Origin: a virus
Lineage: Duplodnaviria > Caudoviricetes
Length of the DNA stretch: 54,932 bases
IMG/VR virus record: IMGVR_UViG_3300010413_000058
Span: 1-54,932 of that record
Reading direction: 5' to 3' (one strand)
A model generated the notes under the pieces. That model had not been told where the DNA came from and searched no databases. It worked only from the letters and a program-made list of their open reading frames with translations. This document shows positions 37,501-46,720 of the stretch, in pieces. Every line of letters starts with the position of its first letter. Within the stretch, counting starts at the first letter, position 1. The position numbers and the translations under genes were made by a program.

Positions 37501-38513
37501 GCTTCAGTTAAGGCTGCCACGGCAGGAGCGCCACGAAGACCAAACAACTGGAATGCTCTGGCAGCATCAGGGACGATCTTCACAAGTTCTTCAATAATGC
37601 CCCTCATCTTCAAACTTCCACCACTAAACTTGCTAAGATCCACACCCGCTGCTATAAAAGCCTCCCGTAGCTTTTCATTAGGAGCAACTAGGCGAGCTAA
37701 GACCTGTCTCAGCCCAGTACCTATCGTACTCGCTCGAATACCTGCATTAGCAAGAATCATAGTAGCTGCGGCGGTATCTTCAATCTGTAGACCAGCTTTG
37801 GCAGCAACAGGACCTAAATAGTTGAATGCAATACGGAGTTTATCAACGGTGAGCTTTGATCGGTTTATAGCGTTAGCCATAACATCAGCGACACGATTCG
37901 ACTGTGTTGCCTCAAGACCAAACGCCCGTATAACCGTAGTAAGCAAATCAGAAGATGTTTTGAGATCAGTCAACGTGCCAGTTGCCAGCTTTGCCACTGC
38001 CCCAATGGCATCCACAGACTCCGCAGCATCGAAACCTGCCTGTGCCAACAGAACCATCCCATCCGCAACTTCTTTCACAGAGAATTTAGTATCTTTGGCT
38101 ACATTGAATATAGCCTTACCCATCGTATCGAGTTCGGATTCAGTGGCATTAGTGATGGCTTGCAGATTATAGAGGGCTTGATCAAACTCGAATATTACCT
38201 CAGTTCCACTTCTAATAGAATTGATCAATCCATATGTCAGAGTTCCAGCTATTCCATACGCAGCAACAACCTTAAATGCTGCCATAATTCTTTCCAATCC
38301 CCCATGAACCCTACTCAACTGCTTGTTCATTTGGGTAAATTGGGTGGTTGCCCCTTTTACTCCTTCTCCTGCTTTCGTTGCTGCCACACCCGCCTGAGTC
38401 GTAGCTCCAGCAAAATTAGCCATCTGCGTCCGCAACCGAGCCAGGGCCTCAGTCACTGGGGCAATGTTGGCCGTAAACATTATCCCTAATGATAATTCTC
38501 GTCTATCTACCAT
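34521..38513 (-). CDS. Tail tape measure protein (TP901-like core)
   Basis: TKFSVKEVADGM..LAQAG, ADVMA, GTGLRQ, FGLRG; 1330 aa helical; C-terminal HSGG/ILQRGE. Confidence 0.93.
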   Translation of the reverse strand: MVDRRELSLGIMFTANIAPVTEALARLRTQMANFAGATTQAGVAATKAGEGVKGATTQFTQMNKQLSRVHGGLERIMAAFKVVAAYGIAGTLTYGLINSIRSGTEVIFEFDQALYNLQAITNATESELDTMGKAIFNVAKDTKFSVKEVADGMVLLAQAGFDAAESVDAIGAVAKLATGTLTDLKTSSDLLTTVIRAFGLEATQSNRVADVMANAINRSKLTVDKLRIAFNYLGPVAAKAGLQIEDTAAATMILANAGIRASTIGTGLRQVLARLVAPNEKLREAFIAAGVDLSKFSGGSLKMRGIIEELVKIVPDAARAFQLFGLRGAPAVAALTEAGVEGFDKMYEAAIRAGEATRMAETQMEGLAVTAKNLRDRLGTLAVDIGEAGIAGAFKVLLEVLREVVKAITYIVEIPVVGQFIVSLGALNTIGLVLFSTFQFLGYALKSIIPIFAALTTGINVRLWMQATEKVGLFTVAMSVLRKTLTAHPLFFIAGAFGTFFVALFRYLDKRIEKWEAEERAAAKNVESLQRYRDELKELTPGTLEYLAVLKRLGEDFPELKSNIDELTRAWNDQGEALDELIKKNAMASFEQLAKQIAHYAKAVRSAGQSFLWMELPEFSVVDQLVSDKDVAELNERVGRLGEALSKLRIEWKPGEGPEFISFLRRSIFYLIGDMELAAGQLEQFTAVALEYLQKVYWTNYERQKQAEREKEAVSTLPSYWRSIYNQLTAIERVALLEQIKLMNQRISTWETTAKELGLTDKELAEGRAALHLRAINETIEGIGKEIWTEEERVRIIRKLQGDLLRTWKEQYKVRLEQIDKFQENATMQELRGVSDAQDAAKIKADIEKKYGKQRADEYMRIMALIKVLGEQDVRNTEAAEKKKLETKLKFQKQYDSLMARLQTDELSKAKATRQKNLDDLNIWYKEQLKLDLDPGEKEKKRQKYIKGRAEIDQKFLAERRKIYAQSELDQLELEEMYGKISIERQTALWVDGFKSREDIRLEELDIERDILNKRLSIAENFLSRQKEGTEEYLKGQNEVAKIAYDIEKNNTDKRILEHERYLKRLPRDSEEYIRYRQKMLRDAGEQELIVEREKWAIMKEYSDDWLMKLRAGLELAGIDFKLAARDWSTIVQNSANHMAGAMEEYFFQVMKGDLKSAHDAWKGFLDALLREIAKFLADRATAELIALGIRMLGALSGTTTPGTAGAAGSTYSSDAGLGRIALQHSGGQIGVDVFPRKQVPQWIIQAAPRLHSGLSPDEFPAILQRGETVTPRDEAAGAGNVNITIMTPDTRTMDEWVRRHRSLFAGATTQSIREGDKQLVSSIKRVSRG

Positions 38514-38516
38514 CTC

Positions 38517-38903
38517 TTATCCTGCCTTCACTGTCCCCTTCGAGAACAACCCCTTAAACTTGCCCATCATCTTCTGGGTCAACTGCTCCCGTTCTTCAGG
38601 GGATAAGTTCTCGTAGTCAGCCGGATCTCTAAAGAGCATTGATTCCTTTTCTTTCCTCTTCTTCTCCTCTTTATCTATATCTACCCCACTCAGTGCCGCT
38701 TGAATCTTAACCCTTGCCCTCTCCTCGTCCGTTGCATGTTTCGACATAACAAACAGCTGGCTCAGTGTGAGACCTCCTTCTCTGTAGCCTCGTCTGTAGA
38801 AGTGGGAGAGGTCATATTGGGAATATCTTCTGAGGGTATAGGTGACAATTTCGGCGAGCGAAACTGTTTCTTGATCTTCTCCACGAGGCTCTTCACTTTT
38901 CCC
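38517..38903 (-). CDS. Tail assembly chaperone GT extension (-1 frame)
   Basis: The -1 frame is open from the slippery site (SEEPRGEDQETVSLAEIV...LTLSQLFVMSKH) and in frame with ORF 38517-38747. Confidence 0.8.
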   Translation of the reverse strand, partial: GKSEEPRGEDQETVSLAEIVTYTLRRYSQYDLSHFYRRGYREGGLTLSQLFVMSKHATDEERARVKIQAALSGVDIDKEEKKRKEKESMLFRDPADYENLSPEEREQLTQKMMGKFKGLFSKGTVKAG

Positions 38904-39238
38904 GCTATACTTTCGTAGTTGACTTCATAAAGGATTTCAGCTATTTCGGCTGCTTGAAGGTTGGTGATCTCTTTGAGGATGTCTTCCCCTTCATCCGTCG
39001 CCTTCTTCAATAACACCGTAACATTGTCCTTGATAGCTGTAGCCATAAATGTCGCAATTCCCAACTCCGACTGATCTCCACTCTGCACGTAGGTCTTTAT
39101 TGCTGCGGCTACCAGATCAGTAACCTCCAACTGATCAGCCATAGAGAGAGGGTAAATCTGAATCTCCCTCAAACTTTTTATACCAATTGTTACACGCCTA
39201 ATTTGTGGGTTCAACTTTTGATCGTCCGTTATAGTCAT
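38762..39238 (-). CDS. Tail assembly chaperone (gpG-like)
   Basis: Between tail tube and tape measure; SD AAGGAG before MTITDD. Confidence 0.8.
   Translation of the reverse strand: MTITDDQKLNPQIRRVTIGIKSLREIQIYPLSMADQLEVTDLVAAAIKTYVQSGDQSELGIATFMATAIKDNVTVLLKKATDEGEDILKEITNLQAAEIAEILYEVNYESIAGKVKSLVEKIKKQFRSPKLSPIPSEDIPNMTSPTSTDEATEKEVSH
38897..38903 (-). other. Programmed -1 ribosomal frameshift site G GGA AAA
   Basis: X XXY YYZ heptamer in the correct frame; analogous to lambda G-T GGGAAAG. Confidence 0.85.
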
Positions 39239-39262
39239 CTTACCGACTCCTTTTAGATTGTT

Positions 39263-39284
39263 CTGCTGCCCCGAAGGGCAGCAG
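39263..39284. terminator. 9-bp hairpin with cUUCGg loop (- strand) downstream of the tail tube gene
   Basis: CTGCTGCCC-TTCG-GGGCAGCAG; no U-tract on the - strand, TTGTATTT follows on the + strand. Confidence 0.5.
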
Positions 39285-39304
39285 TTGTATTTAGAGTCCA
39301 CTTA

Positions 39305-39898
39305 TTAGGTGAACTTAATCCAGCCAAGAGGCATAGTATCCCACACAGCACTGCCTCCCGAAACCTCACTATCTGCCCTCTTACTTTCAAACGTAAGAGT
39401 GACAGCCACAGCATCCTCAGCCTGTAGATCCATCTCAGTGGCAGGAACGGGCTGTGCCCTTGGGAAAATGATGTGCATGTAATTGGTACCATTCGGGAAC
39501 GTGTACATCGCTTCCATCCTCACGTAGTCAATATCCCTACTATCGAAGTCACCTAACTTCACTTCACCCGAATGAGCCGTGTCATAGCCTCCTCCTGTAG
39601 GATCAATACCCCGAGAGAGAGCAACATTATAAGGAGTGATTTCCTTGAAAGCACACTCCAACGCAGCAACCTCACGGAGGGGTATCTGGTGATCTTCCAT
39701 CAGAGGGAACCCTGACTCTAACTTCCACACATCGATGGTGCTGGTGAACTTAGTGTTAGCAAGAGCGCCAATGCTGTCATCAGAATCCAACTGGGGATGA
39801 ATGTCCCCAATATAAGTAGCACTCGTACCAACTCTAATCTGAGCCAGCCCCAATGCGACAGTAGAAGTATCTTTTGTTACAGGACCTGAACGTGGCAT
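39305..39898 (-). CDS. Major tail tube protein
   Basis: Position, size, FKEITPYNVAL and IIFPRA motifs; SD AAGGAGGTGA. Confidence 0.75.
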   Translation of the reverse strand: MPRSGPVTKDTSTVALGLAQIRVGTSATYIGDIHPQLDSDDSIGALANTKFTSTIDVWKLESGFPLMEDHQIPLREVAALECAFKEITPYNVALSRGIDPTGGGYDTAHSGEVKLGDFDSRDIDYVRMEAMYTFPNGTNYMHIIFPRAQPVPATEMDLQAEDAVAVTLTFESKRADSEVSGGSAVWDTMPLGWIKFT

Positions 39899-39944
39899 AT
39901 ACGACCTCACCTCCTTTCACAATAAAGTAATCTAAATTTTTGTT

Positions 39945-40247
39945 CTATTTATGGTATGACTCAGCGGAACGCTGATTGTCTTTCGGTTGGTCCGATTGTT
40001 TGGCGTGTTCAAACGTATCTGTATTAGGAAAGTAATGGAGAATGTTGAATGCTCTGCAACTTCTCCCAATACACCTGATCTTTAATGATCCGTGTATGTA
40101 AATCTCTACTGGGCAGTATTCTCCAAGCCCATCTGTCTTAATCTTTTTGCCGAAAGCAAAGTACCACAGCCCATTTGGCAACCTACAAATCAGTTTCTTT
40201 CCACACTCTTTGCACCGAACAAAAGTCGTCAAATCTTCGACCCCCAC
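39945..40247 (-). CDS. Mu Com-like zinc-finger protein
   Basis: VRCKECGKKL...LKIRC...CRAFN. Confidence 0.6.
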   Translation of the reverse strand: MGVEDLTTFVRCKECGKKLICRLPNGLWYFAFGKKIKTDGLGEYCPVEIYIHGSLKIRCIGRSCRAFNILHYFPNTDTFEHAKQSDQPKDNQRSAESYHK

Positions 40248-40705
40248 TTCAACCTAGCATTCAGCATTTTGTATTTTGTCCCGTCATCGGCCTCGAACTG
40301 CTCTGATTCAGGGTCGAGTTGAACTACTAATCCTCCTATTACGTCCCAAGCCCCACTCTCGTAACTCCTATAAAACGTGATTCTCCTCCGCCCATCTGTT
40401 TGATCTGCGTCAGTCAAATATCCCATAACTTTATCCCGAAGCTGAGCCAATCTAAACCCTTCAGCGTCAAACCTAGTGCAGCAATAGATAGTGAGGAGCA
40501 TACTGGAAAGGGTGTCAGGATCAAGGAAACCAAAATTAACAGAAACCCATTTATCCACACTCTGAGCATCCCCTTGAATCTGAGGGCTACTGAGACCTCT
40601 ATCAAACGTGAGGGGAATGTTCTCGGCTCTGGCAAGATTATCTACGAAATATTTCTTGACAGAATCCCTTACGTTAGCCTCTCGTGCCGTAGGGTCAAGT
40701 ACCAC
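40229..40705 (-). CDS. Putative tail terminator / completion protein
   Basis: Position and size; LAQLRDKVMGYL helix between beta strands. Confidence 0.55.
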   Translation of the reverse strand: MVLDPTAREANVRDSVKKYFVDNLARAENIPLTFDRGLSSPQIQGDAQSVDKWVSVNFGFLDPDTLSSMLLTIYCCTRFDAEGFRLAQLRDKVMGYLTDADQTDGRRRITFYRSYESGAWDVIGGLVVQLDPESEQFEADDGTKYKMLNARLKWGSKI

Positions 40706-40708
40706 CTG

Positions 40709-40900
40709 TTATCTCCTAAAAAATAAACGAAATCTTTTATCTCCAAACATTGTATAGTTACCAAAAAGGATCGGTTTCACTATCTCCAATGTAGGATAAT
40801 CACAATTGGGACACGGTTGAATAGGAGTACCATCTGGCTGAAAATCATGCTCAAACTCAGCCTCTATCTCCCATTTACAATTACTGCATCTAACTAACAT
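40709..40900 (-). CDS. Small zinc-ribbon protein
   Basis: CSNC...CPNC. Confidence 0.65.
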   Translation of the reverse strand: MLVRCSNCKWEIEAEFEHDFQPDGTPIQPCPNCDYPTLEIVKPILFGNYTMFGDKRFRLFFRR

Positions 40901-41117
40901 ATTTCTCAGCGTCCTTTACAAGATTATCAATGAAAGGCCAAAACACTTGCGTCATGTATTCCACGGATGGCAAGTTTCGAGGATCATCTTTTGACCTTTT
41001 ATCAAATTCCCCTAAACTAATTGCTCTGTGGACCATCCTCAATTCTTCGAGAGACATAGAGAAGGTTACGTGGACATCTCGAATTTGAATATCTTTTACT
41101 TCAGGCATCAGTGCCAC
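40890..41117 (-). CDS. Hypothetical protein
   Basis: Coupled ORF. Confidence 0.55.
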   Translation of the reverse strand: MALMPEVKDIQIRDVHVTFSMSLEELRMVHRAISLGEFDKRSKDDPRNLPSVEYMTQVFWPFIDNLVKDAEKYVS

Positions 41118-41695
41118 CCCATCAATATCTTCTGAGCTAGAAGATTAATAAAAGGTCCAGCTTCAAAATCCTGCAACACGTAGGTAAACACAGGGCGAGG
41201 ATGATGGTGTCCGCCCTCTCCAAAACTTCCCCCAAACTCCAGCACTCGTGCGTAGAAGGCTACAGGCTTAGCAGGACCTCTAATTGTCTTCACCCCTTTC
41301 CCTAAAGTTGTAAACCATGATTTACCAGGCTGAGACATTACTCCTGCAGGAATCCCTGCCATATACCCATAATGTCTCCCTGCATATCTCTGCCGCCGCA
41401 CTGTTATAGATTTCAGCAAATCACCCCACAACTGCCAATATGCCTGCTTCCCTGCTCCTGACCCATATATGAGTTTCCATTTCCTGTACCGCTCGCTTCC
41501 TGGTGTTGTGCCAAAGGGAACATAGCGACCTGCATATTTCTGAGTAACAATGGCAGCGACGATCTCTTGGTGAGCCTTTCGAGCCATTAGAAGAGGAACT
41601 TCATCTTTCCCATAGAACAACACGGCACTCTGCACTTTATGTGTTGCCCACATAATTCGTTCCATATCTTGTGGATTGGGGTAGATGTAGATCAC
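41108..41695 (-). CDS. Neck / tail-completion protein (HK97 gp10-like)
   Basis: GDLLKSI...YARVLEFG...PRP motifs. Confidence 0.7.
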   Translation of the reverse strand: MIYIYPNPQDMERIMWATHKVQSAVLFYGKDEVPLLMARKAHQEIVAAIVTQKYAGRYVPFGTTPGSERYRKWKLIYGSGAGKQAYWQLWGDLLKSITVRRQRYAGRHYGYMAGIPAGVMSQPGKSWFTTLGKGVKTIRGPAKPVAFYARVLEFGGSFGEGGHHHPRPVFTYVLQDFEAGPFINLLAQKILMGWH

Positions 41696-42081
41696 TCAAT
41701 TTCCTCCAACCAGCCGTTCAGCACAGTCTCACCAACGTAACTGGCTATATTTACAGGATACAATCTTTTGTCGTGCAGCACAACATTATTTCTGAAGATC
41801 CGAGGACATTTATCAATTCCTTCACTTGATCGTCTGTACAGACTCAAATAATCGAACTGATCGCAATAAAAGAACGTCGGGAGTGCGTCGGATAGCGACT
41901 CTGTTAAGCGTTCGTCGTCATAGATATACAAAACATAGTCTGTCGATACTCCGAACTCTGAGAACGTCGGATCGAAGTCTGCTATAATCGTAGCCACAGG
42001 TAATTTGCCAAGTGACTCGATGCACTTCTCTCTCATCCTTTTATCTTCTTTCCCCGACCTCAGAACGATTGCCGTTAACAC
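41692..42081 (-). CDS. Short, degenerate GT2-like glycosyltransferase
   Basis: KCIESL, TDYVLYIYDDERL, PRIFRN; resembles 45968-46708. Confidence 0.55.
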   Translation of the reverse strand: MLTAIVLRSGKEDKRMREKCIESLGKLPVATIIADFDPTFSEFGVSTDYVLYIYDDERLTESLSDALPTFFYCDQFDYLSLYRRSSEGIDKCPRIFRNNVVLHDKRLYPVNIASYVGETVLNGWLEEIE

Positions 42082-43316
42082 TACTTCAATTTCTCCTTAT
42101 CCTTATACTTCGCTTCCATCATGTCCCTCAATTCAACTATCCTCTCTGAAGACAGTCCTTCAGTGGACACAGTGGATTTGTAACTACCAGGAATCCCTTT
42201 GTACCACATTGGGGCACTATTGTATTGGAACTTTATGTCCCAGAGTTCTGGTTTCTCGAAGACAGGTGATCCTGGTAGCGGCTGGAAAACCGTGAAATCA
42301 ACGTCATCGGGTCTCGCCTCCTCGATCCACCTTTGTGTATCCAATATAGTGCCTTCAGTCTCTCCAGGTAGACCAACGATAAGAAACGCCTTGCATCTGA
42401 TTCCTGCTTTTCTGAGTGCCCATACAGCCTCAAGATTGCGTTGCGTAGTCGTTCCTTTGAGGTTCTTTTGGAGTATTTCGTCTGATCCACTCTCTACCCC
42501 CATTCCGACCTCTACTACACCCATTCGGGCTAAGTAGCTGGCAGTCTGGTCGTCTATAAGGTTGGACCGAGCAAAACACCTGAACCTGTAATCCTTCTGT
42601 CCAAAATATTCAGCTAACTCTCTTGTCCTCTTCCTACTCGTTACAAATACGTCATCAAAGATCATAAAAGCCTCAAACCCATATTCTTTATTCAAATGCT
42701 CGACTTCTCTGATCACGTATTTGGAGGAGGCTTGACGAAACTTTCGGGTTATTCTGGCGCAGAAGGAACAATGAAATGGGCAACCCCTCGAAGTCATCAG
42801 CGTAGTGGCGGGGCGAGAATCGATTGTGTAGTGATATTTCTTGATGTCAATGAGATCACGGGCAGGAAGGGGGAGGCGATCTATAGAGACTAAATCCGAC
42901 GTATTCCCAAGCACTTTCTCGTCACATTGCATCCCGCTTGTAAGATATAACATCAGAGCAGTCAACGCCATCTCCCCTTCGCCCTTGATCACATAATCAA
43001 AACCATTCTCAATGCACTCATGGGGCATATGGGTAGCGTGAGGTCCTCCTGCTATTAGAGTCTTTCCCTCTTTCTTCAACTGCCTAGCTATCCTATATGC
43101 TTGATCTCTCTGTGGGGTAGTCAGTGAGATACCTACTATGTTAGATTCCACTCTAACCAAATCATTGAAATCCGCAGCAGCCAAATCAATCACCTGAACC
43201 GTATATCCCCAATCTCTCAACACAGCCGCAAGATAAAGTATCCCAAGAGGGGGAAACACCTCTTGATCAATCAGAAAAGGACTGCTGGGGAATATTAAGG
43301 AAATGTCACAAGTCAT
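42081..43316 (-). CDS. Cobalamin-binding radical SAM protein
   Basis: PPLGILYLAA, GGPHAT, GEGE B12 domain; TSRGCPFHCSFC; GVESGS; IVGLPGET. Confidence 0.93.
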   Translation of the reverse strand: MTCDISLIFPSSPFLIDQEVFPPLGILYLAAVLRDWGYTVQVIDLAAADFNDLVRVESNIVGISLTTPQRDQAYRIARQLKKEGKTLIAGGPHATHMPHECIENGFDYVIKGEGEMALTALMLYLTSGMQCDEKVLGNTSDLVSIDRLPLPARDLIDIKKYHYTIDSRPATTLMTSRGCPFHCSFCARITRKFRQASSKYVIREVEHLNKEYGFEAFMIFDDVFVTSRKRTRELAEYFGQKDYRFRCFARSNLIDDQTASYLARMGVVEVGMGVESGSDEILQKNLKGTTTQRNLEAVWALRKAGIRCKAFLIVGLPGETEGTILDTQRWIEEARPDDVDFTVFQPLPGSPVFEKPELWDIKFQYNSAPMWYKGIPGSYKSTVSTEGLSSERIVELRDMMEAKYKDKEKLK

Positions 43317-43860
43317 ATCTTAACCTCTGAAACACCACATCAATCGTACAGGATCTATCATGGGGTATAGTGTCAATTTGAACTAACTTCAATAGGGGAA
43401 GGCGGGTCATTATATTCTGAATAAAAGGTTTTCCCACATTTACTTGATGGCTGGGATTTCCCCCTTCTTCTACCGTAGCATACCTTCCCCCTTGCATGTC
43501 AGGGAGCAGGAGAACTAAATACCCTTCAGGTCTGATCAATCTTCTCGCCCATCCATTGAGACAAGCAATGATTTCGTTTTCTGTTGGCAGGTCTTCAACC
43601 ATGTGGCTGCTGAAGACAAAATCGACAGGCTCGTAATGTACATACCGCACAGCATCCCAGTGAATAAACCTTCCCTCTGGAACTTGCATTTCACAAAGGG
43701 GTTGAGGAGATATGTCAACATGATAACAATCACCCAGAAGAAGAGGGCAACTGCCGCAGCCCATATCAAGACCCCGACCCTGAAGATAAGCCGCAACGTG
43801 TCCAACATTGAAGTCGAACTCGACCCTGACATTTTTTACGTCCTCCAAGCTATACTCCAT
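43306..43860 (-). CDS. SAM-dependent methyltransferase
   Basis: GLDMGCG, DFVFSSHMVED, IRPEGYLVLLLPD. Confidence 0.85.
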   Translation of the reverse strand: MEYSLEDVKNVRVEFDFNVGHVAAYLQGRGLDMGCGSCPLLLGDCYHVDISPQPLCEMQVPEGRFIHWDAVRYVHYEPVDFVFSSHMVEDLPTENEIIACLNGWARRLIRPEGYLVLLLPDMQGGRYATVEEGGNPSHQVNVGKPFIQNIMTRLPLLKLVQIDTIPHDRSCTIDVVFQRLRYDL

Positions 43861-44920
43861 TTAATTCCCCTGTCACATCCGTAACAAAACCCCTCTCTTT
43901 AACAATCTCAAAAAACCTTAGATGTCTCTCTGCCATTATTTTACTTGTGAATCTATGCTCGTACAGACGCCTACAGGATTCTCTAGAGATACTATCAATT
44001 TGCTTGAGGGCATCAACAGAGGATTGAATGGCTTGTTCTCTTTGTTCATGGGAATAGCCATCGTGATTAATAATGAATCCATGTTTTCCATGCTCTATTA
44101 TTTCACCTCCATTGTAGTTAATAGCTGAAGGTTCTTGAGAGTTTCCCCAACCTATAACAGGAACACCACACGCCAAAGACTCTAAGTTTATTACACCTAA
44201 CATCTCGTGGTACCCATTGAATATAGGATTAATTAGAGCCTTTGCCCTCCTCCAAACTCTGTATTTAATCTCGTCATCACATCCTCTTAACCATATGATC
44301 TGCCGTCCATCCACTTTTGGGAGTACATTATCATGGCAAAAAGGGTAGTGATAAGCAGGACCTATAAGGATAAGTCTCTCCCCTGCCCTCTTAGCTATAT
44401 CTATGGCTATGTCAGGGCACTTACCTGGGTCCATTCTTCCTATCCACAATGAAAAATTGTCGTGATCTTTGTCCCATTCTGGGTAAATCCATTCAGGAAC
44501 TCCATGATAAATCAAAGTACCTATCCCACCACTAACACTTTTGATTTTTTTAGAGTAAACTACCTTATTCTTGTCAATTCGGGGCAAATTGAAAAAGGGT
44601 TCTATAGTGAAAGGCCAATTACTTCTCAGATCATGGCTAATATAACCGGAGCCCATAAATGAATGTACATGGTCGAACTTTTTGTTTTTCTCAACCTCAT
44701 ACGCCTTAATTGCCTCAAGATAAATATCCCGATCGTCTTCCCAGGGGACCGACATCTCGACGAACTCAAATCCAGGCAAATCACACCCTTTTATAGAAAA
44801 CACAACACACTCATGCCCTATATCTCTCCACTCTCTAATCAAGTAATAGATGAGCCTTTCAGCCCCATAAATATGTCCTTCGCCGAATGGGTGGGCGTAG
44901 CCCAATACTGCGATTCTCAT
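43850..44920 (-). CDS. GT4-family (GT-B) glycosyltransferase
   Basis: MRIAV..YGAER, IYHGV, IGRMDPGK, EMLGVINLESLACGVPVI. Confidence 0.9.
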   Translation of the reverse strand: MRIAVLGYAHPFGEGHIYGAERLIYYLIREWRDIGHECVVFSIKGCDLPGFEFVEMSVPWEDDRDIYLEAIKAYEVEKNKKFDHVHSFMGSGYISHDLRSNWPFTIEPFFNLPRIDKNKVVYSKKIKSVSGGIGTLIYHGVPEWIYPEWDKDHDNFSLWIGRMDPGKCPDIAIDIAKRAGERLILIGPAYHYPFCHDNVLPKVDGRQIIWLRGCDDEIKYRVWRRAKALINPIFNGYHEMLGVINLESLACGVPVIGWGNSQEPSAINYNGGEIIEHGKHGFIINHDGYSHEQREQAIQSSVDALKQIDSISRESCRRLYEHRFTSKIMAERHLRFFEIVKERGFVTDVTGELNGV

Positions 44921-45234
44921 AATCCCAACTCCTTTAGCCGTTCTCTCTGCCATTGTTTCAATGTTTCGCCTACCGCTGTGTGCAATCTATTACCACACAC
45001 TGAACAAAAATTCACATCACCAAACAATTCAACCACCTGTTTGTGAAAACACGGGGTATTTATCTCTGTCTCAGAAAACAAAGGGGGAGGTACGTTAGGT
45101 TGCACATTGTCAACCCAATACATATCTCCACAGTAGGGACACCGATGTTTGCCTGGCACGATCTCAAAATCTGGCATACGCCAGAACCTGCCACACCCCA
45201 AACACATGTATCTATCCGTTGCTCTCCCCATCAC
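44917..45234 (-). CDS. Small double zinc-ribbon protein
   Basis: CLGC...CPYC, C.H...CSVC. Confidence 0.6.
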   Translation of the reverse strand: MMGRATDRYMCLGCGRFWRMPDFEIVPGKHRCPYCGDMYWVDNVQPNVPPPLFSETEINTPCFHKQVVELFGDVNFCSVCGNRLHTAVGETLKQWQRERLKELGL

Positions 45235-45971
45235 CTAATCCTTTCTGCCCACAGTTGGCCGTGACCTAACTTTGTGTGCTTGTGACTCCATTTTTTCTTT
45301 TCATTCTTAGCAAACCAGTGAAGAAACTCAAAATTCTGAGTCTCCACAATATCATCAAAGACCACAATACTTCCAATCTTTGAATAATCCCTAAAAAGCT
45401 TCCACTCCCTTATTATATGTTCAGTCGTGTGCAAAGTATCTTGAAAACAGAAATCCCATTCACCAATTCTAGGCATGACTTCTGTAAGGGTGTCATACGT
45501 CAATCCCTCTATGAACTCAACCTCAACATTCTTTAATCCTTTCATCTCCTCCAATCTCTTATTTCTCTTCTCAATCACTAATCCCCAAGACTTCCACCCT
45601 CTGGCACACACATGCTTTTCAGGGAAGTTCTTCCAATCGACTATTGGTCCTTCTTCAAAAGTTGGAGCGCAGCCATAAGGCTCCCCGAGAGAGTTAGCAG
45701 GAGAATGACCTACATCAAACGTGTATAACTTCCCTCCCCCATATTCACTCATTGCCTTAGCTATTTTATAAGTACCATAGCCCTCAAAAGTTCCCAGCTC
45801 CATTACTACATCGGGCTGCAAGACCAACAACGCTTGCACAATCATATCCATATTTGCATTGTCATGGACCCAGGGTCGCATAAAAGCCTCTGCCACACAT
45901 TCTTCGTGTGTTATTCCTTCACTCACTCTGGGCTTTATAGTATCCCAATTGTTTTCTAGAAATTCCATCAA
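45231..45971 (-). CDS. SAM-dependent methyltransferase (Methyltransf_24-like, possibly a sugar O-methyltransferase)
   Basis: VMELGTFEGYGT, LYTFD, DFCFQDTLH, GSIVVFDD. Confidence 0.85.
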   Translation of the reverse strand: MMEFLENNWDTIKPRVSEGITHEECVAEAFMRPWVHDNANMDMIVQALLVLQPDVVMELGTFEGYGTYKIAKAMSEYGGGKLYTFDVGHSPANSLGEPYGCAPTFEEGPIVDWKNFPEKHVCARGWKSWGLVIEKRNKRLEEMKGLKNVEVEFIEGLTYDTLTEVMPRIGEWDFCFQDTLHTTEHIIREWKLFRDYSKIGSIVVFDDIVETQNFEFLHWFAKNEKKKWSHKHTKLGHGQLWAERIR

Positions 45972-46708
45972 TAGTCCTTCCAGTAGCCAGGGTTAGCACA
46001 TTCAATAATCTGTCTTTTTGGAGTTGTCTCGAATACATCGTGAGTAAGACCTAACTGTTTTCTTCTCGCTTGAGCCCTCAACCACAATTTCTCAATCCTA
46101 ACCCTATCCCGATAATCATCCTTCTCAAAATGCTCCAGATCAGATTCAAATTTATAGTACGGCAAATCTTGAGGCCAAAGCACATGATGAGGACTATTTA
46201 CCCAGTGCATTCCAACCTCTCTCATTATCAATCTGCATTGGTAGTCAGGGTACTGACCTATTTGATGACTGATCAAGGGCCACCCATCCACTGAACTAGG
46301 AATTGCATAAGGTGATTCGGGAAATCGCAAAGGCTCATAAGTCCTGCGAGGCACATGGCCAACTTTATAGTAAAACCCACCCTCCTTGAAAGTTTTGTCC
46401 ACAAACTCCAGTTCCCTCTTGAGCCCATCTGTTAATCGCTCGTCGAAGTCGAGGATGAAACACATCTGCCCATGTGGAATATAGGAAAGAGCGATGTTGC
46501 TTTGGGTCGTTTCCATATCGTGAAACCAGTTGAGCCACGGGTGTATGAAGACTTCCGGTTTCTCGTACTCTCTGAGGGCTTGGACAGTGAAATCTGTACT
46601 GCCCCCATCAACCACAATAATTCTTTCAAAGTAAGATTCATTATGGACATTTTTCATTACCCTTTCTACTTGTTTCTCTTCGTTCAGACACTTCATTAGA
46701 AGAATCAC
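45968..46708 (-). CDS. GT2-family glycosyltransferase (SunS/GmaR-like architecture)
   Basis: NEEKQV, IIVVDGGSTDFT, FILDFDERL, YPDYQCRL, SPHH. Confidence 0.88.
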   Translation of the reverse strand: MILLMKCLNEEKQVERVMKNVHNESYFERIIVVDGGSTDFTVQALREYEKPEVFIHPWLNWFHDMETTQSNIALSYIPHGQMCFILDFDERLTDGLKRELEFVDKTFKEGGFYYKVGHVPRRTYEPLRFPESPYAIPSSVDGWPLISHQIGQYPDYQCRLIMREVGMHWVNSPHHVLWPQDLPYYKFESDLEHFEKDDYRDRVRIEKLWLRAQARRKQLGLTHDVFETTPKRQIIECANPGYWKDY

Positions 46709-46720
46709 GATTGTACTCCT

